The notes under the pieces: model-generated
What the model saw: the letters and a program-made list of their open reading frames with translations, nothing else
What the model was told of the DNA's origin: nothing
Databases searched by the model: none
Assembly: GCA_965660595.1 (NCBI GenBank)
Contig: CBFIAO010000001.1
Span: forward strand, 22,019-86,018
Reading direction: 5' to 3'
DNA from: Candidatus Puniceispirillales bacterium
GTDB taxonomy: Bacteria; Pseudomonadota; Alphaproteobacteria; Puniceispirillales; UBA1172
DNA length: 64,000 bases
Made by a program: the position numbers and the translations under genes
In this document: positions 18,577 to 28,341 of the stretch, one piece after another
Layout of the letters: each line of letters starts with the position of its first letter
Position numbering within the stretch: the first letter of the stretch is position 1

Positions 18577-19790
18577 TGGGTGTTTTTGACTTTCTAAAAG
18601 GCAAGAAGAATAAGGATAACCCTGTCGCCCCACCAGCAGAGGTGCCGACAGAGGAAGTGCCAGCAGAGGTGCCAGTAGAGGCCCCAGCAGAGATTCCGGC
18701 AGAGATTTCGGCAGAAGTAATAGCAGACGCTGCATCAGATATTGTCCACAATATTGACCACAATATTGACCCTAATATTGAAATACAAGCTTCACCCGAA
18801 CCAGAAGTAACACCCGAATTAGCGCCCGAATTAGCGCCCGAAACCGCGCCAGAAGCCGCGCCAACAAAATCATGGTTTGGCCGCCTAAAAGATGGCCTTG
18901 GTAAATCTGCAAGCAAGATCACCTCAGGCCTTGCCGAAGCAATAGGCAAGCCAAAACTTGATGCCAGTGACCTTGATGATATCGAAGACGCGCTGATCAT
19001 GGCTGACCTTGGCGTTGCGGCAGCAGGCCGTTTGACCCAAGGGCTAAAAAAGCGTGCCTTCCCTGATGGCGTGACCCAAGACAGCTTGGCCGAAGCATTG
19101 GCGGAAGAAGTTGCAGAAATTCTTACCCCTGTTGCACAACCTCTTGAAATTGACCCCAGCCTTAAACCTCACGTGGTGTTGATGGTGGGGGTTAATGGGT
19201 CTGGCAAAACCACCACCGCAGGTAAGCTTGCTGAACAATGGCAAAGCCAAGGCAAAAAGGTCATCATGGCGGCGGCGGATACCTTCCGTGCGGCGGCGGT
19301 AGAACAGCTCAAAGTTTGGGGTGAACGTACAGGCACGACAGTAATTGCTGGTGAACAAGGCACGGACGCGGCGGCGGTTGCGTATCAGGCTTATGAACAG
19401 GCGATTGCCGATGGTGCTGATGTGTTGATCATTGACACCGCAGGCCGCCTGCAAGCCAAAGCAGAATTGATGGAAGAATTGGCTAAAATTTGCCGTGTGG
19501 TGGCCAAGAAAGATAGTGCCGCCCCGCATGACCGCGTCATTGTGCTTGATGGCACCGTCGGGCAAAATGCAACATCTCAAGTTTCTGCCTTTAAAGAAAC
19601 CGCAGACCTAACCGGCATGATCATCACCAAACTTGATGGCTCTGCCCGTGGCGGTATTGTGGTGTCCTTGGCCGAAAGTTTTGCGCTGCCCATCCATGCT
19701 GTTGGCGTTGGTGAAGGCAAAGATGATCTTAAATCATTTGATGCATCAGAATTTGGCCGTGCTTTGGCTGGTCTCGGTTCACCTAAATAA
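18576..19790 (+). CDS. ftsY: Signal-recognition-particle receptor FtsY
   Basis: GVNGSGKTTTAGKLA, DTAGRL and TKLDGSARGG. The track start is 18552; ATG 18576 (MGVFDFLKGKK) overlaps the mtaB stop as TAATG and fits the usual FtsY N-terminus. Confidence 0.92.
   Translation: MGVFDFLKGKKNKDNPVAPPAEVPTEEVPAEVPVEAPAEIPAEISAEVIADAASDIVHNIDHNIDPNIEIQASPEPEVTPELAPELAPETAPEAAPTKSWFGRLKDGLGKSASKITSGLAEAIGKPKLDASDLDDIEDALIMADLGVAAAGRLTQGLKKRAFPDGVTQDSLAEALAEEVAEILTPVAQPLEIDPSLKPHVVLMVGVNGSGKTTTAGKLAEQWQSQGKKVIMAAADTFRAAAVEQLKVWGERTGTTVIAGEQGTDAAAVAYQAYEQAIADGADVLIIDTAGRLQAKAELMEELAKICRVVAKKDSAAPHDRVIVLDGTVGQNATSQVSAFKETADLTGMIITKLDGSARGGIVVSLAESFALPIHAVGVGEGKDDLKSFDASEFGRALAGLGSPK
18633..18862 (+). repeat. 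Three different in-frame 12-nt tandem-repeat blocks in the FtsY acidic A-domain
   Basis: gaggtgcc(a/g)nca-type units (AEVP/AEIP x ~6), cacaatattgac x 2.5 (HNID HNID PNIE), and gaattagcgccc x 2 plus variants (ELAP ELAP ETAP EAAP). Confidence 0.85.
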
Positions 19791-19829
19791 TCAACCCAAC
19801 CTCACAACATCATTAAGGATAGGGCACGA

Positions 19830-20657
19830 TTAAGGACGGGGCAGCAAATGATCTGTTCGTCCGGTGACCCAATACCCTAACAACCCGATATATTCATGCA
19901 GGGCGATATTGGTGATATTGATGCCCTTCATAAACAGGTTGCTCATATCAATGCCGTTGGTATTGGTGCGGAAATCTGTTGGAAAGGCGATAGGGTCTAA
20001 CCCAGCCGCACGAAACGACCCCATGGCCCGCGGCATATGCCATGCTGACGTGATCAGCAAAATTTGCCCATCTTCACCTACCCCGCGCTGGCTTAACAAG
20101 TCCTTTAAAAATGCAGCATTCTCTGCGGTGTTACGTGATGCCCCTTCAATAACGAAGCGGCTTGGGTCAAGGCCTAACCCATTGATGACCGCGCTGCTAA
20201 TATCATCTTCGCCATAAGAAGCACCGCGACGTTTAAGCCCGCCAGGGAACGTGACTAACGCTGATGGATATTGCCGCGCCAATATCAATCCAGTGATCAA
20301 CCTGTCACCACTCCCGCTAATAGGCGGGATCACTTCGCCCCGATAGGTCGATGGTGCGCCTTGCCATCCACCCAACACCACAATGACATCAGGATTAATG
20401 GTTGATGCCGCGGGCAGGGGGAAACGTTCTTCAAGACTGCTTACCGCAAGATATGGGATGATCGGCATCATCAAATTTGCGGTCCAGATGATAAACGCCG
20501 TCACCATAACATGATGGGTTATACGGGCAGGCCGTTGGCGTTTTCTTTTTGCACGGTTTTTCCATGCTGACGTGATCATTATTGCCGTCAAGAGCAGCAG
20601 CAAAATGACAAGCGGGTTCAGGACAAACCCGACAATTTTTGACATGATAAAAAACAT
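19830..20657 (-). CDS. DUF218 (YdcF/ElyC/SanA-family) membrane-anchored protein
   Basis: N-terminal TM helices, VIVVLGG, and ITSAWHMPRA, typical of DUF218. Confidence 0.7.
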   Translation of the reverse strand: MFFIMSKIVGFVLNPLVILLLLLTAIMITSAWKNRAKRKRQRPARITHHVMVTAFIIWTANLMMPIIPYLAVSSLEERFPLPAASTINPDVIVVLGGWQGAPSTYRGEVIPPISGSGDRLITGLILARQYPSALVTFPGGLKRRGASYGEDDISSAVINGLGLDPSRFVIEGASRNTAENAAFLKDLLSQRGVGEDGQILLITSAWHMPRAMGSFRAAGLDPIAFPTDFRTNTNGIDMSNLFMKGINITNIALHEYIGLLGYWVTGRTDHLLPRP

Positions 20658-20738
20658 AGCCCCGCACCTGACCTTATAACCCTGCTATCATCCACGTGAT
20701 CATGGCAGTGAACCTTGCGCCCATCAAGACCGTAATAC

Positions 20739-20769
20739 TTGACTTTCCGTGCAATATGGCAGATATAGT
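20739..20769 (+). promoter_or_regulatory. sigma70-like promoter candidate upstream of ffh (TTGACT - 17 nt - GATATA / TATAGT)
   Basis: ttgactttccgtgcaatatggcagatatagt in the 260-nt divergent spacer, about 150 nt upstream of the ffh ATG. Confidence 0.3.
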
Positions 20770-20811
20770 CTTCATCAATCGGCATCACAGAAGCCAGACC
20801 CTAGCGGGTTC

Positions 20812-20840
20812 CACCTGTCCTTGAGTTTCAAGCACAGGTG
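20812..20840 (+). other. 12-bp interrupted hairpin in the putative ffh 5' leader
   Basis: CACCTGT-C-CTTGA-gtt-TCAAG-C-ACAGGTG, followed by taaaacagcttttg. Confidence 0.4.
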
Positions 20841-20917
20841 TAAAACAGCTTTTGTGCGCTTGATAATGGAACACGAACGATAACCATAATGATAACCATA
20901 AGGCGATACAGACAGTA

Positions 20918-22414
20918 ATGTTTGAAAACCTGAGCGAAAAACTAGGCAATGTCTTTGACAGCATCCGCGGCCGTGGTGCGCTGACCGAAGCTGATGTCGA
21001 CACCGCCCTTCGTGATGTGCGCTTGGCCTTGCTTGAGGCTGATGTCGCGCTGCCGGTGGTAAAGTCGTTTATCTCACGCGTGCGTGACCATGCGGTTGGC
21101 CAAGATGTATTGAAATCGGTTAAGCCGGGCCAAATGGTGGTCAAGATTGTTCATGATGCATTGGTTGAAACGCTTGGCCCCGAATCAGCCCCGCTTAATA
21201 TCAATCAGCGTCCGCCAGCCGTTATCTTGATGGTGGGTTTGCAGGGTTCTGGTAAAACAACATCCACTGGTAAACTGGCACGCCTTCTCTCCACAAAGCA
21301 GAAGAAGTCGGTCATGCTGGCCTCGCTAGACGTCACCCGCCCTGCTGCGCGTGAACAGCTCCGTATTTTGGGTGAAGAAGCTGGCGTTGATGTGTTGCCT
21401 GAACGTGATGGCGACACTCCGCAAAGCATCACCAAGCGTGCGCTTGATGCCGCCAAGTTGAAATCTTCTGATATTCTTATTCTCGATACGGCAGGCCGGA
21501 CCACGGTTGATGAAGGCCTAATGGCTGAAGTCCGTGATGTGGCTGGTATCGCAACACCTGCAGAAACCTTGTTGGTGGCTGATGCTATGACAGGTCAAGA
21601 TGCGGTCACCACGGCATCTGCGTTCAAAGACGCGGTTGGCATTACGGGCATTATCCTGACACGTGCGGATGGTGATGCACGCGGCGGTGCAGCCCTGTCC
21701 ATGCGTCAGGTCACGGATTGCCCGATTAAATTCCTTGGTGTTGGTGAAAAACAAGACGCGCTCGAAGAATTTAGCCCTGAACGCATGGCAGGCCGTATCC
21801 TTGATATGGGTGATGTTGTTGGGTTGGTGGAAAAAGCTGCTGAGACGATCGAGGCAGAAGAAGCTGAACGCATGGCCAAGCGCATGGCCAAAGGTCAGTT
21901 TGATATGAATGACTTCCTCAGCCAGTTACGCCAGCTTAAAAAAATGGGCGGCATGGGCGGTTTGATGGGTATGCTTCCGGGCATCGGCAAACTCAAAGGC
22001 CAAATTCAGGCGGCTGGCATTGATGACAATTTCTTTGCCCGTCAAGAAGCCATCATTTTATCAATGAATAAGCGTGAACGTGTTGCGGTTGGGCTCTTGA
22101 ACGCGTCACGCCGTAAACGTATTGCCCAAGGCTCAGGCACGTCGGTCCAAGACGTCAACAAGCTCGTTAAACAATATCAAGACATGGCCAAGATGATGAA
22201 ACGCTTGGGCAAAATGGGTGGCGGCAATCCTGCAGCATTAGCATCCATGTTGGGTGGCGGCGGTGATGCTGGACAAATGGGCGGCATGCCTAATGGAATG
22301 CCCAATGGAATGCCCAACGGAATGCCAGGCCTTCCTGGTCTTGGCGGCGGAAAAGGTTTCCCCGGTGGTCTACCTGGTATGGGTAAGCCGCGGGGCGGTA
22401 AGAAAAAGCGATAA
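20918..22414 (+). CDS. ffh: Signal recognition particle protein Ffh (SRP54)
   Basis: MFENLSEKL..., GLQGSGKTTSTGKLA, DTAGR, TRADGDARGG, and a Met-rich M domain. The Gly/Met/Pro-rich basic tail ends in KPRGGKKKR. Confidence 0.95.
   Translation: MFENLSEKLGNVFDSIRGRGALTEADVDTALRDVRLALLEADVALPVVKSFISRVRDHAVGQDVLKSVKPGQMVVKIVHDALVETLGPESAPLNINQRPPAVILMVGLQGSGKTTSTGKLARLLSTKQKKSVMLASLDVTRPAAREQLRILGEEAGVDVLPERDGDTPQSITKRALDAAKLKSSDILILDTAGRTTVDEGLMAEVRDVAGIATPAETLLVADAMTGQDAVTTASAFKDAVGITGIILTRADGDARGGAALSMRQVTDCPIKFLGVGEKQDALEEFSPERMAGRILDMGDVVGLVEKAAETIEAEEAERMAKRMAKGQFDMNDFLSQLRQLKKMGGMGGLMGMLPGIGKLKGQIQAAGIDDNFFARQEAIILSMNKRERVAVGLLNASRRKRIAQGSGTSVQDVNKLVKQYQDMAKMMKRLGKMGGGNPAALASMLGGGGDAGQMGGMPNGMPNGMPNGMPGLPGLGGGKGFPGGLPGMGKPRGGKKKR
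22286..22327 (+). repeat. 12-nt in-frame tandem repeat (MPNG x3 plus a partial unit) in the Ffh C-terminal tail
   Basis: atgcctaatgga atgcccaatgga atgcccaacgga atgcca. Confidence 0.85.
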
Positions 22415-22485
22415 TTCAATCGCGAATAAAATTAAATTTGCTCATGCAGATTTACGTCTATGTGTAATGAAAGGGATAACATACC

Positions 22486-23055
22486 ATGGCACTAAAAATC
22501 AGACTCGCACGTGGCGGCGCAAAAAAGCGTCCTTACTACCGTATCGTTGTGGCGGAATCATCATCACCACGTGATGGCCGCTTTGTTGAGCGTATTGGCT
22601 CATACAACCCAATGGTCCCAAAGGATCATCCAGAACGCCTGACCCTAGACGGTGAACGTGCAACCTACTGGATGTCTAAAGGCGCAAAGCCAACTGAACG
22701 TGTTCAGAAAATGATGGCAGGCCTTGGTCTTGTTGATGCACCAGTAATTCGTGAACAGCCAAAGAAATCAGCACCAGGTCAAAAGCGTCAAGAGCGTGAA
22801 GCAGAAGCTGCCGAAGCTGCAGCCGCCGCTGCCGAAGCTGCCGCCGAAGCCGCCGCTGCTCCTGCCGAAGAAGCACCAGCCGCAGAAGCACCGGCCGAAG
22901 AAGCTCCTGCCGCAGAAGCACCAGCCGAAGAAGCACCGGCCGAAGAAGCACCGGCCGAAGAAGCTCCTGCTGAAGAAGCACCGGCCGAGGAAGCTGCTGC
23001 TGAAGAAGCACCTGCTGAAGAAGCTGCTGCTGAAGAAGAAAAGCAGGACGGCTAA
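22486..23055 (+). CDS. rpsP: 30S ribosomal protein S16 with ~95-aa acidic Ala/Glu/Pro repeat extension
   Basis: [42 protein letters not shown] core, then (A)EEAPA repeats to the C-terminus. Confidence 0.93.
   Translation: MALKIRLARGGAKKRPYYRIVVAESSSPRDGRFVERIGSYNPMVPKDHPERLTLDGERATYWMSKGAKPTERVQKMMAGLGLVDAPVIREQPKKSAPGQKRQEREAEAAEAAAAAAEAAAEAAAAPAEEAPAAEAPAEEAPAAEAPAEEAPAEEAPAEEAPAEEAPAEEAAAEEAPAEEAAAEEEKQDG
22797..23043 (+). repeat. In-frame 15-nt-period tandem repeat (gaagaagcaccggcc-like; EEAPA units) encoding the S16 tail
   Basis: Runs such as gccgaagaagcaccggccgaagaagcaccggccgaagaagctcctgc are visible directly. They also generate spurious ORFs in other frames (22676..23011 on the minus strand, 22751..23131 on the plus strand). 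Confidence 0.9.
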
Positions 23056-23058
23056 TTC

Positions 23059-23604
23059 ATGGCATCCTCAGGGGATCATGATCAGATTGTGTTGGGCGCC
23101 TTTGCCTCACCTCACGGGGTGCGCGGGCTGATAAAGGTTAAACCCTTCACCGATGATCCCTTGGCCATTGCGGCATATGGACCTGTCCAATTGCCTGATG
23201 GCCGTATGGTGGAATTAACGGCACGCGGGGTCAATAAAGGCTTGGTCCTGACCGCGGTTGATGGCGTCAATAGCCGTGAAGATGCTGATGCGCTTCGGGG
23301 GAAATCCTTTTCCGTCCCACGGAAAAACCTTCCCCCCACTGATCAGGATGAAGTCTATCAGGCTGACCTGATCGGGTGCGTGGTCCAAGATCCTGATTTA
23401 GGGATCATTGGCACGGTGATGGCAGTGTTTGACTTTGGTGCTGGCGAAATGCTTGATGTCAAACGTCAGCAAGGTAAGTCGGTACTCTTGCCGTTTGGTC
23501 GGGGGCATGACTTCAATCTGGATGGTGATTGTATTACCCTAAAGGTTGACCCAACATGGCTTGAAGATGATAAGCCGCCAAAGGATGATGTGTCCGAAGG
23601 CTAG
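23059..23604 (+). CDS. rimM: 16S rRNA processing protein RimM
   Basis: Position after rpsP, G.F..PHGVRGLIKV, and a PRC-barrel C-terminus. Confidence 0.88.
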   Translation: MASSGDHDQIVLGAFASPHGVRGLIKVKPFTDDPLAIAAYGPVQLPDGRMVELTARGVNKGLVLTAVDGVNSREDADALRGKSFSVPRKNLPPTDQDEVYQADLIGCVVQDPDLGIIGTVMAVFDFGAGEMLDVKRQQGKSVLLPFGRGHDFNLDGDCITLKVDPTWLEDDKPPKDDVSEG

Positions 23605-23651
23605 CGCTAGTCACTCAAGCTAAGCCGCCAAGGTCAGTATAGGGGGCCAAG

Positions 23652-24407
23652 ATGGCACCGACTGAAGATGACATGACCGCAATGATGCCGCACCCGCAAT
23701 GGGCTGCGCATGTGTTGACACTCTTTCCCGCGATGTTTCCTGGCCCATTGGGTCAATCGCTTGCGGGTAAGGCGCTTGAAAAAGGGTTATGGTCGTTGGA
23801 TGTCACGGACATTCGCGACTTCGCGGTGGATAAACACCGTACCGTGGATGATACCCCTTTTGGCGGTGGTCCGGGCATGGTGATGCGGCCTGATGTCGTG
23901 GCAAATGCCATCACGGCAGGCATGGATGGTCTACCGGCTGATATTCCGCGGATATATTTTTCGCCGCGGGGCCGTGCCATGGATCAATCCTTTGTTCGCC
24001 AAATGGCGGCAGCACCTGCGGTGATGATGATCTGCGGACGTTATGAAGGCCTTGATCAACGTGTCATAGATGACGCTAATTTGATTGAGGTTAGTATTGG
24101 TGACTTTGTCCTCTCAGGTGGAGAGTTGCCAGCATTAACGTTAATTGATTCGGTGGTTCGCCTTCTACCTGGGGTGATGGGCAATAGTGCCGCCCATGAA
24201 AATGATAGTTTTGAAGACGGATTGCTGGAACATCCTTTATATACCCAGCCCCGTCATTGGAATGGGCTTGATGTGCCGGAAATCCTCACTTCAGGGGATC
24301 ATGGCCGCATTGCAGCATGGCGGAAAGCAGAAGCAGAAGCCATTACAAAGGCCCGCCGCCCTGATTTATGGGCGCAATATATGAAAAAGGGTGACCAAGC
24401 TGAATAA
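23652..24407 (+). CDS. trmD: tRNA (guanine37-N1)-methyltransferase
   Basis: [38 protein letters not shown] and LSGGELPA. Confidence 0.93.
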   Translation: MAPTEDDMTAMMPHPQWAAHVLTLFPAMFPGPLGQSLAGKALEKGLWSLDVTDIRDFAVDKHRTVDDTPFGGGPGMVMRPDVVANAITAGMDGLPADIPRIYFSPRGRAMDQSFVRQMAAAPAVMMICGRYEGLDQRVIDDANLIEVSIGDFVLSGGELPALTLIDSVVRLLPGVMGNSAAHENDSFEDGLLEHPLYTQPRHWNGLDVPEILTSGDHGRIAAWRKAEAEAITKARRPDLWAQYMKKGDQAE

Positions 24408-24429
24408 TCAGCATGATCATCATAAAAGC

Positions 24430-24475
24430 GGATGTGACGCAAAACCGCCAAAAAAGGCAAAAAGGCGTGACATCC
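24430..24475 (+). other. Long imperfect hairpin in the 146-nt trmD-rplS spacer
   Basis: GGATGTgACGC - 24-nt A-rich loop (aaaaccgccaaaaaaggcaaaaag) - GCGTgACATCC. 10 of 11 positions pair, with a central G/G mismatch. Confidence 0.4.
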
Positions 24476-24553
24476 AGACATGACAATGATATAGAGCGTG
24501 CACTAAATTCAAAAAATCGACGTTCTATAAAGACGCTTGAAGGAGATAAGGCC

Positions 24554-24952
24554 ATGAATATTCTTGATCAAATTGGCCAGAAGCAAATTGATAAGATTCT
24601 GGCAGACCGCCCTATTCCGGAGTTTGGCCCAGGTGACACGCTGCGTGTTGACGTGAAGGTGGTCGAAGGCTCCCGTGAACGTATCCAGGCATTTGAAGGC
24701 GTATGCATTGGCCGCAAATCTGCTGGCGTAAACTCTTCTTTCACCGTGCGTAAGATTTCTTATGGTGAAGGTGTGGAACGTATCTTCCCACTATTTTCGC
24801 CACGTGTTGCTGGTATTACCGTGATGCGCCATGGCCGTGTGCGCCGCGCTAAACTTTACTACCTTCGTGGCCGTACGGGTAAGGCTGCACGTATCGCGGA
24901 AAAGTCACGCGAACGTATCGCTAAGGCAGCTTCCAAAGCAGCTACTGCTTAA
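24554..24952 (+). CDS. rplS: 50S ribosomal protein L19
   Basis: [11 protein letters not shown]...[27 protein letters not shown]. The track ORF (24413) is over-extended; ATG 24554 is preceded by GAAGGAGA (24538-24545). Confidence 0.93.
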   Translation: MNILDQIGQKQIDKILADRPIPEFGPGDTLRVDVKVVEGSRERIQAFEGVCIGRKSAGVNSSFTVRKISYGEGVERIFPLFSPRVAGITVMRHGRVRRAKLYYLRGRTGKAARIAEKSRERIAKAASKAATA

Positions 24953-24981
24953 AACGTATTCCCCGTCATCGCCAAGGCTTC

Positions 24982-25020
24982 GGCTGGGCCGCGATGGCGG
25001 GTCCAGCCTTTGCTATTTCT
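24982..25020 (+). terminator. Rho-independent terminator after rplS
   Basis: GGCTGGGCCGC-gatg-GCGGGTCCAGCC, followed by TTTGCTATTTCTG. Confidence 0.6.
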
Positions 25021-25089
25021 GTGCTTGATTTATGCAGAATAACTTGGCGATGATAAAACCTGATAAAAGGTTAATTAAAGGGGATTAAT

Positions 25090-26493
25090 ATGTCTGCACC
25101 GCGCACGCTATTCGATAAGATCTGGGATGCCCACCTCGTTCATAAGGACGATGATGGCTCTAGCTTGATTTATATCGATCGCCACCTTGTTCATGAAGTA
25201 ACAAGCCCACAAGCTTTCGAAGGCCTACGTAATGCTGGCCGCAACGTGGCATGCCCTGAACGTACCCTTGCCGTGGCGGACCACAATGTCCCAACATCTG
25301 ACCGTACCTCTGGCATTGCTGATAAAGAATCACGCATTCAGGTGGAAGCGTTAGAAAAGAACGCTGCTGATTTTGGTGTGCCATATTTCGCCATGGATGA
25401 TATCCGCCAAGGCATCGTGCATGTGATCGGCCCGGAACAAGGCTTGACCCAGCCAGGCATGACCATTGTTTGTGGTGATTCGCATACCGCGACCCATGGT
25501 GCTTTTGGTGCGCTGGCTTTTGGAATTGGCACATCAGAAGTGGAACATGTGCTGGCGACCCAAACGTTGATCCAGCAACCTGCAAAAAATATGCGTATTA
25601 CGGTTGATGGCACCCCTGGTCCGGGCGTCACTGCAAAAGACATCATTCTTGCGGTGATCGGGGTTATTGGCACTGCTGGCGGTAATGGACACGTCATCGA
25701 ATATGCTGGTGAAGCTATTCGCGGGCTCAGCATGGAAGGCCGCATGACAGTATGTAATATGTCGATCGAAGCAGGCGCACGTGCCGGCATGATTGCGCCA
25801 GATGAAGCAACGTTCGATTATATTAAAGGTAAGCCAATGGCACCAACAGGTGAGGCTTGGGATGCAGCGGTTGCGTGGTGGAAAACCCTGCCATCTGATG
25901 AAGGTGCAAGCTATGACAAAGAAGTCGTGCTGAAGGCTGAAGATATCATCCCAACCGTGACATGGGGCACCAGCCCTGAAGACACTGCACCGATTGATGG
26001 GCTTGTTCCTGATCCTGCTAAGGTTAGCGATCCTGCACAACAGGCGAAAATCGAACGTGCATTGAATTACATGGGCCTGACCGCAGGGATGAAAATCACG
26101 GATATCGAAGTTGATACCGTCTTTATCGGGTCATGCACCAACAGCCGTATTGAAGATTTGCGTGCCGCTGCCGAAGTGGCGCGTGGTCGTAAAGTTAAGG
26201 ACGGCATGCGTGCCATGATCGTGCCGGGCTCAGGCTTGGTCAAAGAACAGGCAGAAGATGAAGGCCTAGACGCCATTTTCCGTGAAGCTGGTTTTGACTG
26301 GCGTGAAGCAGGATGTTCAATGTGCCTTGCCATGAATGCAGACCGCCTTTCAGATGGTGAACGTTGTGCTTCAACGTCTAACCGTAACTTTGAAGGCCGT
26401 CAGGGGCGCGGGGGACGTACGCACCTTGTCAGCCCAGAAATGGCAGTTGCGGCAGCGATCACGGGTCGCCTTGCCGATGTGCGTGAACTTTAA
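25090..26493 (+). CDS. leuC: 3-isopropylmalate dehydratase large subunit
   Basis: [26 protein letters not shown] and [11 protein letters not shown] (Fe-S ligand regions). Confidence 0.95.
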   Translation: MSAPRTLFDKIWDAHLVHKDDDGSSLIYIDRHLVHEVTSPQAFEGLRNAGRNVACPERTLAVADHNVPTSDRTSGIADKESRIQVEALEKNAADFGVPYFAMDDIRQGIVHVIGPEQGLTQPGMTIVCGDSHTATHGAFGALAFGIGTSEVEHVLATQTLIQQPAKNMRITVDGTPGPGVTAKDIILAVIGVIGTAGGNGHVIEYAGEAIRGLSMEGRMTVCNMSIEAGARAGMIAPDEATFDYIKGKPMAPTGEAWDAAVAWWKTLPSDEGASYDKEVVLKAEDIIPTVTWGTSPEDTAPIDGLVPDPAKVSDPAQQAKIERALNYMGLTAGMKITDIEVDTVFIGSCTNSRIEDLRAAAEVARGRKVKDGMRAMIVPGSGLVKEQAEDEGLDAIFREAGFDWREAGCSMCLAMNADRLSDGERCASTSNRNFEGRQGRGGRTHLVSPEMAVAAAITGRLADVREL

Positions 26494-26507
26494 GCGGGAG
26501 ACTAAAG

Positions 26508-27113
26508 ATGCAAAAATTTGATCAGCATAAAGGCATTGCCGCGCCGATGGATATCATCAATATCGATACTGATATGATCATCCCGAAGCAGTTCTTAAAA
26601 ACCATTAAGCGGACGGGCCTTGGCGCCAATCTCTTTGATGAGATGCGCTTCACCCAGTCTGGTGAAGAAATTGCAGATTTCGTCCTTAATAAAGCACCAT
26701 ACCGTGATGCCAGCGTCATTGTGGCAGGTGATAACTTTGGTTGTGGCTCAAGCCGTGAACATGCACCATGGGCACTTTTGGATTTTGGTATTCGCTGTGT
26801 AATCTCCACCAGCTTTGCCGACATTTTCTATAATAACTGCTTCAAGAACGGTATTCTGCCTATTGTGGTTTCTGCGGATGAACGTGATGCCCTGATGGCA
26901 GATGCGCAAGATCCTGAAAACCCAGAACTTAGCATTGATCTTGTGGCCCAAGAAATACGTCGTCCAAATGGCGGTGTGGTGTCGTTTGAAATCGATCCAT
27001 TCCGTAAGCAGTGTTTGCTTGATGGGCTTGATGATATTGGCCTGACCTTGGAAAAGGCAGACAAGATCGAAAACTATGCGGAAGCACGTAAAACTACCCA
27101 TTCGTGGCTATAA
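26508..27113 (+). CDS. leuD: 3-isopropylmalate dehydratase small subunit
   Basis: [14 protein letters not shown] and [17 protein letters not shown]. Confidence 0.95.
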   Translation: MQKFDQHKGIAAPMDIINIDTDMIIPKQFLKTIKRTGLGANLFDEMRFTQSGEEIADFVLNKAPYRDASVIVAGDNFGCGSSREHAPWALLDFGIRCVISTSFADIFYNNCFKNGILPIVVSADERDALMADAQDPENPELSIDLVAQEIRRPNGGVVSFEIDPFRKQCLLDGLDDIGLTLEKADKIENYAEARKTTHSWL

Positions 27114-27193
27114 TTTTTGAAAGTAATAAATGTAAAGGTGTAATGCTGCAACGTGTCATTTTATGACGTGGGCGGCCTTAAAAAGGTAAGATC

Positions 27194-28306
27194 ATGAACA
27201 ATAAGAAATTGATGGTTCTCGCTGGTGACGGTATCGGTCCTGAAGTGATGGCCGCGACCATGAAAGTTGCGGACTGGCTTGCTAAACACCGTTCTATCGG
27301 GTTCGACGTTCAAGAAGGTCTTGTCGGCGGTGCGGCCTATGATGCCCAAGGCGTGCCTCTTACTGATGAAACACTGGCTGATGCGATGTCAGCAGATGCC
27401 ACCTTATTTGGTGCAGTTGGCGGCCCTAAATATGATGATTTGCCGTTTGAACTAAAGCCAGAACGCGGCCTATTGGCCCTGCGTAAAGAAATGGACCTTT
27501 TTGCTAATTTACGTCCAGCAATGGTCTTTCCATCATTGGTATCATCCTCAACATTGAAGCCTGAAGTGGTGTCAGGCCTCAACATCATGATCGTTCGCGA
27601 ACTTACGGGCGGTGTATATTTTGCGGAACCTCGTGGCCGTGAAACATTGGAAGATGGCACAATCCGTGCTTTTGACACCAATATGTATACCCCTCCAGAA
27701 ATTGAACGCATTGGCCGGGTGGCATTTGACCTTGCGCGCAAACGTGAAGGCCGTGTTGTTAGTGCAGAAAAAGCTAACGTCATGCATTCAGGTGTGCTCT
27801 GGCGCGAAGTTATGACCGCCCTTCATCACGCTGAAGGTGATGGTGTAAGCATTGAACATATGTATGCAGATAATTGCGCGATGCAGCTGGTGCGTGCACC
27901 TAAGCAATTTGACGTGATCGTGACTGACAACCTCTTTGGTGACATTCTTTCTGATACGGCAGCGATGCTAACAGGCTCATTGGGCATGTTGCCTTCTGCA
28001 TCATTAGGTGCGCCGGACGAAACCACCGGAAAGCGGTTTGCGCTATATGAACCTGTGCATGGTTCTGCACCAGATATTGCAGGTAAAGGTCTTGCCAATC
28101 CATTGGCGGAACTCCTCAGCTTCTCCATGATGCTGCGTTACTCCTTTGACCAAGGTGATGATGCCGATCTTATCGAACAAGCCGTAGATAAAGCGCTTGA
28201 AGGTGAGCTGCGTACAGGTGATATCATGGCAGACGGTTTTACCCAAACTGGAACAGATGGCATGATTGATCAGGTCATCAATGCGCTTGATCATCTCGCA
28301 CGATAA
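27194..28306 (+). CDS. leuB: 3-isopropylmalate dehydrogenase
   Basis: [24 protein letters not shown], and [26 protein letters not shown]. Confidence 0.95.
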   Translation: MNNKKLMVLAGDGIGPEVMAATMKVADWLAKHRSIGFDVQEGLVGGAAYDAQGVPLTDETLADAMSADATLFGAVGGPKYDDLPFELKPERGLLALRKEMDLFANLRPAMVFPSLVSSSTLKPEVVSGLNIMIVRELTGGVYFAEPRGRETLEDGTIRAFDTNMYTPPEIERIGRVAFDLARKREGRVVSAEKANVMHSGVLWREVMTALHHAEGDGVSIEHMYADNCAMQLVRAPKQFDVIVTDNLFGDILSDTAAMLTGSLGMLPSASLGAPDETTGKRFALYEPVHGSAPDIAGKGLANPLAELLSFSMMLRYSFDQGDDADLIEQAVDKALEGELRTGDIMADGFTQTGTDGMIDQVINALDHLAR

Positions 28307-28341
28307 CTCATAAGAAATATCAACATTAGGATTGTCTAAAG

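Noticed and set aside
18262-19000. Two 157-aa minus-strand ORFs overlapping mtaB and ftsY
   Set aside because: They are antisense to genes with unambiguous homology. Their sequences (SGANSGANSGV..., LLLLP...) are low-complexity mirror images of the FtsY 12-nt repeats.
20658-20917. SRP RNA (ffs) or another known RNA next to ffh; also a 39-codon ORF at 20702-20821
   Set aside because: There is no SRP domain-IV-like conserved motif. The short ORF has no SD and ends inside the hairpin. The hairpin and promoter are kept only as a low-confidence finding.
22676-23131. 111-aa (minus) and 126-aa (plus) ORFs across the S16 tail
   Set aside because: They are alternative-frame readings of the EEAPA tandem repeat (LLRPV..., KKHRPKK... 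periodic products). Stop-free frames are expected in such repeats, and the rpsP frame is continuous with a canonical S16 core.
25032-25088. 18-codon upstream ORF ending 1 nt before leuC as a leucine attenuator leader peptide
   Set aside because: The peptide [18 protein letters not shown] has only two scattered Leu codons, and no terminator/antiterminator pair follows.
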